NCBI GenBank assembly: GCA_002785295.1
Contig: PFMC01000013.1
Location: forward strand, 1 to 36,663
DNA from: Candidatus Komeilibacteria bacterium CG_4_10_14_0_8_um_filter_37_78
GTDB lineage: Bacteria; Patescibacteriota; Patescibacteriia; UBA1558
Direction of reading: 5' to 3'
DNA: 36,663 nucleotides
Positions 1 to 7,476 of this stretch are shown piece by piece. Under the pieces are notes generated by a model that was not told the origin of the DNA, made no database searches, and was given only the letters and a program-made list of their open reading frames with translations. The position numbers were made by a program, and so were the translations under genes. The first letter of the stretch is position 1; the number at the start of each line of letters is the position of its first letter.

Positions 1-111
1 CATAACTACTTAACACCATATGAGGTGTTCAATACTAATTAAGCTTTGGAATAGAATTTAAGAGGTAATATGGATTAGTTATTGATTATTTTTTTTATTA
101 ACTCGCATCTC

Positions 112-140
112 TTTCAAAAATGTAAGTTTTATGTTATAAT
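112..140 (+). promoter_or_regulatory. candidate sigma70-type promoter with extended -10
   Basis: TGTTATAAT at 132-140 (TGn-TATAAT) with a weak -35 TTTCAA 17 nt upstream. The AT-rich context makes chance matches common. Confidence 0.25.
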
Positions 141-286
141 TTTAACAGAAAATTTATGTTTTATGGTCAAAAATAAAAACAACAAGTTGATTTTTGTAAT
201 GGTGGCCTATTTAGCTTCTGTACAAACACAATTAAGCGATTTATTTGAATTTTATTATACTATCAAACGATGATAGTTTTTTGTTT

Positions 287-940
287 ATGCTATTTATGCT
301 AAAAGAAAAAGATTTTAATAAGCTGTGGAATCTGCTAGAGCAGCCACTGTTTGTGATCGATCAAGATGGCAGGATTATGCTGTGGAGTAAGGGTTGTGAG
401 CGAGAAACTGGTTATGACACTGAAGAAGTGGTGGGTCAAAAAAAATGGAATTTTTTATTTGCCAAAGAGGCAGATTTAGTTGCTATTATGGGTGAACTTA
501 GCCCATTAATAGATAAGAGTTGGCAAATAAATTTGTTGCGATTGCGGAAAGATGCATTTTTTGCTGATTTACAGATCAAAGCTATCAGTTTTACTGATCA
601 GAGTCCTATTTTCTTAGTTAGTTTTTCAAATATTACACAAGCCAAGGGGGTTAGCAAGGAATTACAAGAAGCTAAATTGCAAGCTCGGCAAAAGACTTTG
701 GCTTATGAACGTGCACAAGAATTATTAGTCCAAAAAGAAAAACTTTTAATTTCCAATATGACAGAGATGAAGAGGCTTTATCGTCAGGTCAAAGAGTCAG
801 AAACAGAGTTGAAAGCCAAAGCTGAGCAATTGGAGCAAAAAGTGGGTGAGTTGAATCGTTTTAATAAACTGATGATTGGCAGAGAGCTGAAGATGGTGGA
901 ATTGAAAGAAGAACTAAAGAAGTTAAAAGGTAAAAGTTAA
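287..940 (+). CDS. PAS-domain signalling protein with a long C-terminal coiled coil and no recognisable output domain
   Basis: The ORF opens at 245 (TTG); the first ATGs are at 287 and 296. PAS-like core FVIDQDGRIMLWSKGCERETGYDTEEVVGQ. The C-terminal about 90 aa are heptad-like and E/K/L-rich. Confidence 0.75.
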   Translation: MLFMLKEKDFNKLWNLLEQPLFVIDQDGRIMLWSKGCERETGYDTEEVVGQKKWNFLFAKEADLVAIMGELSPLIDKSWQINLLRLRKDAFFADLQIKAISFTDQSPIFLVSFSNITQAKGVSKELQEAKLQARQKTLAYERAQELLVQKEKLLISNMTEMKRLYRQVKESETELKAKAEQLEQKVGELNRFNKLMIGRELKMVELKEELKKLKGKS

Positions 941-954
941 AAGTGAAAAGATTT

Positions 955-1039
955 ATTCAACCATTTAACCATTCAACCATTTAACTAAATAACTATTAAA
1001 CTATTTACAACCTAAATACCTAATTACCTAAATACCTAA
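955..1039. repeat. two adjacent tandem duplications, each with a 16-bp period
   Basis: ATTCAACCATTTAAC at 955-969 and 971-985. CCTAAATACCTAA at 1011-1023 and 1027-1039. Both pairs are perfect copies. Confidence 0.9.
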
Positions 1040-1050
1040 CCAATATCCAT

Positions 1051-1920
1051 ATGCGCAGAGTAATTATCATTATTACAGTCATTTTTTCTAGCCTTTTATG
1101 GTGGGGAGTTTATATGGCTGATAATAGCAATAAAGAGAGTACAGTGTACTTTTTTCAAGATGTCCAGCGAGATGTCTTAAGAGTGGCTAGTAGTTCACTG
1201 AATAATTGGTTAGTCAATCACGTGCAAAACAATCCAACTTTAGATTTAAGCAAATTGCCGCAGGATTATTTCCGTGAACAACGCAGCCCTATCTCACCAA
1301 CAACTTATGGTGATGTCTTTATTTTTCAAAATGGTAGTCCTATTTTTGATAATTATCGGATGTTTTTAGATAAGTATCCGGGTCAGAATATCAAAGATTT
1401 TATTGAAGTCCAGTCAGAAACAGCTGGTGCTGATCATTATTATCAATTGGTAGATGAAATTAATAAAAATTCCGAAGGACAAGGATATTGGACTTGGGAT
1501 GCTGAGCGGCGTGGTGTGGAATGGGCAGTCTGGATGCCGATGAGTTTTGAGGGGCAAGATTTTGTTTTATTGATTACTACACCACAGCAGATCATTTTTG
1601 ATGTTGCTAGTGTTTCTCAAAACAAACTGTACTATATGTTTATTGCCAGTATTGCCAATATTTTGCTGATTTTGGTCTTTATTTTCTTCTATTATTGGCA
1701 AGAAAAGAAGATTCGGGACGCTTTATCTGAGTCTGGCAATGTCACTAAGATTGGTGAGCTGCAGCATGATCTGGAAACATGTAAGTTGAAGTTGGAAAAT
1801 CAAAGCAATCAGTATCAGAAAGTGTCAGAAGAGCTGGAATCAGCGATGAATATGATGATCGATAAAGATATGAAGATCAATGAAGTCCAAAATAAATTAA
1901 AAGATCGCATGAATGGTTAA
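1051..1920 (+). CDS. membrane protein: N-terminal TM, about 190-aa extracytoplasmic domain, second TM, cytoplasmic coiled coil (putative accessory sensor)
   Basis: Hydrophobic segments VIIIITVIFSSLLWWGVY and MFIASIANILLILVFIFFYYW. C-terminal heptad-rich tail. The stop overlaps the kinase start by 8 nt. Confidence 0.7.
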   Translation: MRRVIIIITVIFSSLLWWGVYMADNSNKESTVYFFQDVQRDVLRVASSSLNNWLVNHVQNNPTLDLSKLPQDYFREQRSPISPTTYGDVFIFQNGSPIFDNYRMFLDKYPGQNIKDFIEVQSETAGADHYYQLVDEINKNSEGQGYWTWDAERRGVEWAVWMPMSFEGQDFVLLITTPQQIIFDVASVSQNKLYYMFIASIANILLILVFIFFYYWQEKKIRDALSESGNVTKIGELQHDLETCKLKLENQSNQYQKVSEELESAMNMMIDKDMKINEVQNKLKDRMNG

Positions 1921-3508
1921 ATATCCTCGCAGAGTTCGCAATCGTTTATTGGCCTGGTTTATTATCAGTTCTTTATTGCCTTTGATTTTTTTGACTTTGG
2001 CTTTGGTTTTCTATTTAGCGCCGTTTTCAACTTGGCCAGAAATGGTTAACTTGATCAGACATACATTATTAGTTCCACTACTAGCAAGTTTTATTTTGAT
2101 TTTAACTTTGGCTGTGATTATTGCGCGAGCAATTTCTAGACCAATTAGAAAATTGACTACAGCAGTAGAAAAAATCATGGCTGGGGAGACTGATGTTACA
2201 GTTAAGATCACAACCAAGGATGAAATTGCCAAGCTAGCAGACAGTTTCAATAAGATGACCACTGAAGTTCTGCAAGCCAAGCAGGAGTTAGAAATCAAGG
2301 TGCGAGCTAGAACCAAAGAATTACTCTCCACGAATCAGGAATTACAAGGATCAAAAACAGCCATGCTCAATATTTTGGAGGATGTGGAGCTGGAAAAGCA
2401 TAAAGCTGAAGAACAAAGAAATAAAATTGAAATTATTATCAATAGTATTGGTGATGCTGTGATTGTAACCGATCAACAAGGCAAGATTATGATGTTCAAT
2501 CCTGCCGCTGGTACAATGTTTGATTTAGCGGTCACTTCGGTCAGTAAAAGTTTTGATCAGATCGTAAATTTTCATGATGCTAAACAAAAAGATATTGCCA
2601 TTGATCAGTTTTTAAGTACCGAAGAAAATGTATTTACGATCAATCGAGTTGTTTTGCCGGAGGATGAGCATCATCGATTTTTTGATATAAATATTAGTAA
2701 GTTTAGAAATATTGATAAAAATGTTTCAGGTGCTGTCATTGTCATTCGGGATATTACGAGAAATGTAGAAATTGAGAATGTTAAGTCCGAATTTGTCTCT
2801 GTTGCTTCGCATCAATTGCGGACACCACTTTCGGCTATTAGATGGTTTCTTGAAATGATATTGGCTGGTGATTTGGGATCTATCAATGATGAACAAAAAG
2901 ATATCTTAAATGACACTTTGGAGTCTAATAAGCGCATGATATACTTAGTTAATGACCTGTTGAACGTTTCCAGGTTAGAGGATGCTAAGCTCAATGTCAC
3001 TCCAGTACCTACTGATTTTACAGCATTATTGACTAGTATTATTAGAGAAAGTGAATCTTTGGCCCTGAAGAAGAAGATTAAGATCGATTTACAAACAGTG
3101 ACAATACCGGAGATCAGCATTGATCCTTCATTGATCGGGCAAGTGGTACAAAATTTACTATCCAATGCGATCAAGTATTCAGATAAGGGCACGACAGTGA
3201 AAGTGGACCTAGTAATCAAGGATCAGGATCTTTATTTAGCGATCACAGATCAGGGTCATGGTATACCAATAGAACAACAAAAAAGAATTTTTGAAAAGTT
3301 TTTCCGCGCCAATAATGTGATCAAGATGGAAACTGAAGGAACTGGCTTGGGTCTTTATATTGCCAAGATGTTAGTTGAGCTATCAGATGGACATATTGGT
3401 TTTACTTCCACCGAGGGTCAGGGCAGTACTTTTTATTTAACTTTACCATTGATTGGCAGTAAAGCTAAAAAAGGTACACGTAGTTTGGCGCAAGTTGTTA
3501 ATAAATAG
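1913..3508 (+). CDS. sensor histidine kinase (2 TM, HAMP, coiled coil, PAS, HisKA, HATPase_c)
   Basis: HAMP-like RPIRKLTTAVEKIMAGE...IAKLADSFNKM. PAS IGDAVIVTDQQGKIMMFNPAA. H-box FVSVASHQLRTPLSAI. G-boxes DQGHGIP and GTGLGLYIAK. Confidence 0.95.
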   Translation: MVKYPRRVRNRLLAWFIISSLLPLIFLTLALVFYLAPFSTWPEMVNLIRHTLLVPLLASFILILTLAVIIARAISRPIRKLTTAVEKIMAGETDVTVKITTKDEIAKLADSFNKMTTEVLQAKQELEIKVRARTKELLSTNQELQGSKTAMLNILEDVELEKHKAEEQRNKIEIIINSIGDAVIVTDQQGKIMMFNPAAGTMFDLAVTSVSKSFDQIVNFHDAKQKDIAIDQFLSTEENVFTINRVVLPEDEHHRFFDINISKFRNIDKNVSGAVIVIRDITRNVEIENVKSEFVSVASHQLRTPLSAIRWFLEMILAGDLGSINDEQKDILNDTLESNKRMIYLVNDLLNVSRLEDAKLNVTPVPTDFTALLTSIIRESESLALKKKIKIDLQTVTIPEISIDPSLIGQVVQNLLSNAIKYSDKGTTVKVDLVIKDQDLYLAITDQGHGIPIEQQKRIFEKFFRANNVIKMETEGTGLGLYIAKMLVELSDGHIGFTSTEGQGSTFYLTLPLIGSKAKKGTRSLAQVVNK

Positions 3509-3520
3509 TTTTTAAAATAT

Positions 3521-3901
3521 ATGACTAAGCAAGATAAAAAAGTATTGGTTGCTGAGGATGATCATTTCTTAGCCAAGATATACAAAATAAAATTAGCTAA
3601 GGAAGGGATCAATGCGGAGATTGCTACAGACGGTAATGAAGCGCTAGCCAAGATTAAGGAGTTGAAACCAGACTTGGTGCTTTTGGATTTGGTGATGCCT
3701 GGCAAGGATGGCTTTGAAGTGCTGGAGGAATTGCAATCTGATAAGGGATTGAAAAAAATTCCGATTATTATTTTATCCAATTTGGGTCAGGAAGCAGATA
3801 TCATCAAAGGAAAGTCATATGGCATTGTCGATTATTTTATTAAGAGTGATATCTCCATTCATGATGTTGTTAAAAAAATAAAGGAAATATTAAATGACTA
3901 A
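3521..3901 (+). CDS. single-domain (receiver-only, CheY-like) response regulator
   Basis: 126 aa. Acidic pocket EDD, phospho-acceptor context LVLLDLVMPG, conserved S in ILSNLG and K in YFIKS. No output domain. Confidence 0.93.
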   Translation: MTKQDKKVLVAEDDHFLAKIYKIKLAKEGINAEIATDGNEALAKIKELKPDLVLLDLVMPGKDGFEVLEELQSDKGLKKIPIIILSNLGQEADIIKGKSYGIVDYFIKSDISIHDVVKKIKEILND

Positions 3902-5567
3902 TGAGGATATTAAAAAAATAGTTTTGGAAACCGGTTTGATCACCGAAGAAAAGTTGAAAGAAGTAGAAGAATTAGCCAAAGATAATGGTGAATCCTTCGA
4001 GGAAGAAGTGGTTAATCAGGGTTTGATGTCAGATGAGAATCTCGGACAGTTAATTGCTGATAGTAAAGGCTATCATTATGTTAATCTGAAAAATACTGAG
4101 ATTGAAGATGAGGCCTTAGCCGTCATCCCAGAAGTTGTCGCTAAGAATCAAATGGCGATTGCTTATAGTATTGCTGGAGATACTTTGAAGGTAGCGATGC
4201 ACGATCCTGGCAATTTGGATTTTATCCACTTATTAGAGAAAAAGGGTAGCAAATTTATCGAACCATATTTTGCCACTTTGCGAGATTTGAAACAAGCTTT
4301 GAACAAATATCGCAAGAATATCACAGAAGAATTTGACGACATTATGAAAGTCAATGTCGAAGAGGCAAAAAAGTCGGCTAAGGCTGAAGATTTGCCAGTG
4401 ATCAAAATCGCTGATACCTTACTTGCTTATGCATATCAAAATGGTGCTTCAGATATTCATTTGGAGCCATATGAAAAAAAGAGTTTAGTTCGTTATCGGA
4501 TTGATGGTGTTTTGCATGATGTCGTTGATTTACCGAAGAAGGTTCATGATTTGCTGATTACACGTTTTAAGATCTTAGCAAAGCTTCGTATTGACGAACA
4601 TCGGGCTGCTCAAGATGGCAAACTACAATTTATGACCGAAGATGGCAGAGTGGATGTTCGTGTTTCGATTGTGCCGATTACTGAAGGAGAGAAAGTGGTG
4701 ATGCGTTTATTATCTGCCAAGAATAGGCAGTATCGACTTGAAAGTTTAGGTTTTTCAGACAAGGATTTGAAAATTGTTAGTAAGGCTATCAAAAAACCGC
4801 ATGGCATGATCTTGGCTACTGGTCCAACTGGTTCTGGTAAGACTACAACTTTATATGCCATCCTTTATGTCGTCAATTCACGTGAAGTAAATATTTCAAC
4901 GGTGGAAGACCCAGTCGAATATGATATGGAAGGGGTTAATCAGATTCAGGTCAATCGTACTACAGATTTGACCTTTGCCAATGGTTTACGATCACTCCTG
5001 CGACAAGATCCGGACATCATCATGGTTGGTGAAATTCGTGATGAAGAAACAGCCAATATCGCGATCAATGCAGCGATGACTGGCCATTTGGTTTTGTCTA
5101 CTTTACATACCAATGATGCCGCAACAACTATCCCTCGTTTTATGGATATGGGTGCAGAACCATTTCTTGTATCTTCAACTATCAATGTTGTGATTGCGCA
5201 ACGTTTGGTTCGTAAAAACTGTGTCAAATGTATGGCTAGTTACACGATCACTTATGAAGAATTGGTCAAATCATTGACTGCACCGATGATTGCTCAGACC
5301 TTGGGTAAAAAAAAGAGCTATCGTTTTTATCAGAGCAAGGGTTGTGCTGTTTGTCATCATTCTGGTTATCGTGGGCGAATGGGTATTTACGAAGTCTTAG
5401 AAGTAACGCCAGCGATCAAAGAGATGATCATGCAAAGGGCCAATGCTGATGAGATCAAAGTGCAGGCGATCAAAGAGGGGATGACTACTATCTTAGAAGA
5501 TGGTATTCAGAAAGTAGCCAGTGGTCAGACCACGATCGAAGAAATCTTGCGTGTTTCGAAAGAATAG
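3894..5567 (+). CDS. pilB: type IV pilus assembly ATPase PilB (GspE family)
   Basis: Walker A GPTGSGKTTT. T2SSE_N-like N-terminus (GLITEEKLKEV.., GLMSDENLGQLI). Tetracysteine CVKC...CAVC. 557 aa. Confidence 0.96.
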   Translation: MTNEDIKKIVLETGLITEEKLKEVEELAKDNGESFEEEVVNQGLMSDENLGQLIADSKGYHYVNLKNTEIEDEALAVIPEVVAKNQMAIAYSIAGDTLKVAMHDPGNLDFIHLLEKKGSKFIEPYFATLRDLKQALNKYRKNITEEFDDIMKVNVEEAKKSAKAEDLPVIKIADTLLAYAYQNGASDIHLEPYEKKSLVRYRIDGVLHDVVDLPKKVHDLLITRFKILAKLRIDEHRAAQDGKLQFMTEDGRVDVRVSIVPITEGEKVVMRLLSAKNRQYRLESLGFSDKDLKIVSKAIKKPHGMILATGPTGSGKTTTLYAILYVVNSREVNISTVEDPVEYDMEGVNQIQVNRTTDLTFANGLRSLLRQDPDIIMVGEIRDEETANIAINAAMTGHLVLSTLHTNDAATTIPRFMDMGAEPFLVSSTINVVIAQRLVRKNCVKCMASYTITYEELVKSLTAPMIAQTLGKKKSYRFYQSKGCAVCHHSGYRGRMGIYEVLEVTPAIKEMIMQRANADEIKVQAIKEGMTTILEDGIQKVASGQTTIEEILRVSKE

Positions 5568-5582
5568 ATCATTAAATTACAA

Positions 5583-5597
5583 TGTACAAATTGTACA
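5583..5597. promoter_or_regulatory. perfect 7-1-7 palindrome TGTACAAATTGTACA (candidate operator)
   Basis: Read directly. It also forms a tandem 9-mer TGTACAAAT x2 (5583-5600) inside the 240-bp pilB-pilC spacer. Confidence 0.3.
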
Positions 5598-5641
5598 AAT
5601 AACAAACAAATTACAAATTTCAATATTCAAATTGTTTAGTC

Positions 5642-5686
5642 TTTGTGATTTGGTGCTTGATTCTTGTTTGTATTTTGGTGCTTGAT
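5642..5686. repeat. direct repeat with 25-bp period
   Basis: TTTGGTGCTTGAT at 5649-5661 and 5674-5686 (perfect). The flanks TTTGTGA/TTTGTAT extend the similarity. Confidence 0.85.
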
Positions 5687-5807
5687 AATTGTTATTTATT
5701 AAACTGCAATGTTCATTTTCTTAATAGCTAATTAGGTATTTAGCTACTTAGCCTTTAATTTTTCACTTTTTACTCATAACTTATAATTTTTAACTTAATC
5801 CACCCCC

Positions 5808-7016
5808 ATGCTATTTGATTATGTCGCTACATCAGCCGACGGTGCTGTTAAAAAAGGTGAGATCGAAGCTCCTGATAAAGGTGCGGCAATTTTATTATTG
5901 AAAAAACAAACACTGCAGATCGTCAAAGTAGAGCGTAAAACAAAGAAGGCAAAAAATGATATTGCGATTGGCGGCATAAAATTTGTTGATAAGGTCTTGT
6001 TGGCTAGGCATTTGGCAATTATGATCAAGGCAGGTGTCAATATGGCTGAAGCCTTGGAAATCTTAGTGGAGCAAGCTAGCAATCCAAAATTAAGAAAAAT
6101 ATTGACAGCAGTGTCGGCTAGAGTGGTAAATGGTCATACTCTATCTTCTTCCCTGGCCCTTTATCCTAAGGAGTTTTCTGAATTATTTATCAATATGATT
6201 GCGGTCGGCGAAACTAGTGGTACTTTAGCTGCCAATCTTGAGTATCTAGCTGGTGAGATGGAAAAAAGCTATGAATTAAAGAAAAAAATAAAATCAGCCT
6301 CAATTTATCCAATGATTGTCCTGATTGCTACTTTTGGGTTGGCTTTTATCTTGGTCTATTTTATTCTACCAAAGATGACAAAACTATTTGAAACCATGAC
6401 TGTCGAGCTACCATTATCGACTAGAATTTTGATTGCTGTGGCTAAGGGTTTTGAAGAACATGGTTTATTAATCTTGGTTATACTAGTGGCTGTGGTGGTT
6501 GGTGGATTTTTTACTCTACGACAAAAGAAAGTAAAAAAATATACCCACAAATTTTTATTAAAATTACCAGTGATGGGTCATATTTCTAAACAACTAAATC
6601 TAGCCAATTTCAATCGAACATTGGGCATTCTATTAACTAGTGGTGTGCCAGCAGTTGAAGCTTTGAATATCACCGCTGGCGTATTAAACAATTATACTTA
6701 TAAAGAAGAGGTTAGACTTTTGGCCAAAGCCGTGGAAAGAGGATTGTCTATTTCTGAAGCTTTGAGCACTCGTTCAACGAAAATCTTTCCACGCATGTCA
6801 ACCAGACTTTTAGGGGTGGGCGAAAAGACTGGTGAACTAGATAGCTCCCTCAACTATTTAGGAGATTTTTATAGCCGAGAAGTTGATAATATTACTAAGA
6901 ACTTATCAAATATTTTAGAACCAATGCTCTTGATCATTATTGGTCTGGCCGTTGGTTTTGTCGCTATTTCTATTATTCAGCCAGTTTATAAGATCTCTGG
7001 TGGTTTAAGAAAATAA
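5808..7016 (+). CDS. pilC: type IV pilus platform protein PilC (GspF family)
   Basis: 402 aa. N-terminus FDYVATSADGAVKKGEIEA. Two T2SSF-type repeats and three hydrophobic segments. Confidence 0.95.
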   Translation: MLFDYVATSADGAVKKGEIEAPDKGAAILLLKKQTLQIVKVERKTKKAKNDIAIGGIKFVDKVLLARHLAIMIKAGVNMAEALEILVEQASNPKLRKILTAVSARVVNGHTLSSSLALYPKEFSELFINMIAVGETSGTLAANLEYLAGEMEKSYELKKKIKSASIYPMIVLIATFGLAFILVYFILPKMTKLFETMTVELPLSTRILIAVAKGFEEHGLLILVILVAVVVGGFFTLRQKKVKKYTHKFLLKLPVMGHISKQLNLANFNRTLGILLTSGVPAVEALNITAGVLNNYTYKEEVRLLAKAVERGLSISEALSTRSTKIFPRMSTRLLGVGEKTGELDSSLNYLGDFYSREVDNITKNLSNILEPMLLIIIGLAVGFVAISIIQPVYKISGGLRK

Positions 7017-7017
7017 A

Positions 7018-7470
7018 ATGATTTTTTATCAAGCTAGAGGGTTCAATTTAGTACAAGTACTTTTGGTATTAGCAATCTTTATGATCATTGCTAGTTTTGC
7101 TATACCAAGTTTGTACCAATTGCAGACTGGTGTGCAGATTGATACTGTCGCTTCAGAAATGTCTCATAATTTACGGCGAGCGCAAATCAGAGCACTGAGT
7201 GGTTTTAATGATTCAAATTGGGGAGTCTATTGGCAAGAACGAAGCTATACTATTTTTGCTGGTGATTCTTTTGTTGCTAGAGATCAAGATTGGGATGAAG
7301 ATTATTTAATAACTGGTTCAGTGTTGATCAGCAATGATTTGGGTGACGAGATTATTTTTACTAAACAAACAGGTGAGCCAGATACTGCCGGTAGTATAAT
7401 TTTGACCAATCCCGCTAATGAAACATCCACTGTTTATATTAGTGAGTTGGGAGTGATTGATTTACAATAA
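7018..7470 (+). CDS. minor pilin-like protein (GspH/FimT-like) with Gln instead of Glu at mature position +5
   Basis: Class III-like signal MIFYQARG|FNLVQVLLVLAIFMII. Start is 1 nt after the pilC stop. 150 aa. Confidence 0.7.
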   Translation: MIFYQARGFNLVQVLLVLAIFMIIASFAIPSLYQLQTGVQIDTVASEMSHNLRRAQIRALSGFNDSNWGVYWQERSYTIFAGDSFVARDQDWDEDYLITGSVLISNDLGDEIIFTKQTGEPDTAGSIILTNPANETSTVYISELGVIDLQ

Positions 7471-7476
7471 ATTTTT

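Noticed and set aside
12-29. Hairpin AACACC-ATATGA-GGTGTT at the window start, considered as a terminator of an upstream gene.
   Set aside because: The stem is only 6 bp, no T-tract follows, and the upstream context is missing.
82-273. 63-aa ORF upstream of the PAS gene.
   Set aside because: It is low-complexity and AT-driven, overlaps the only promoter-like element, and has no recognisable motif. It is most likely non-coding leader or promoter DNA.
941-1050. Possible CRISPR array, given the short direct repeats in spacers.
   Set aside because: There are only two copies per unit, the period is 16 bp with no unique spacers, and no cas genes are present. These are tandem duplications, not CRISPR.
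2011-5227. Minus-strand ORFs inside the kinase, receiver and pilB genes (2011-2331, 2812-3219, 3562-3780, 4163-4405, 4610-4861, 4946-5227).
   Set aside because: They are antisense shadows of strongly supported + strand genes. Their composition is Ser/Ile/Leu-rich and typical of reverse frames, and they have no motifs.
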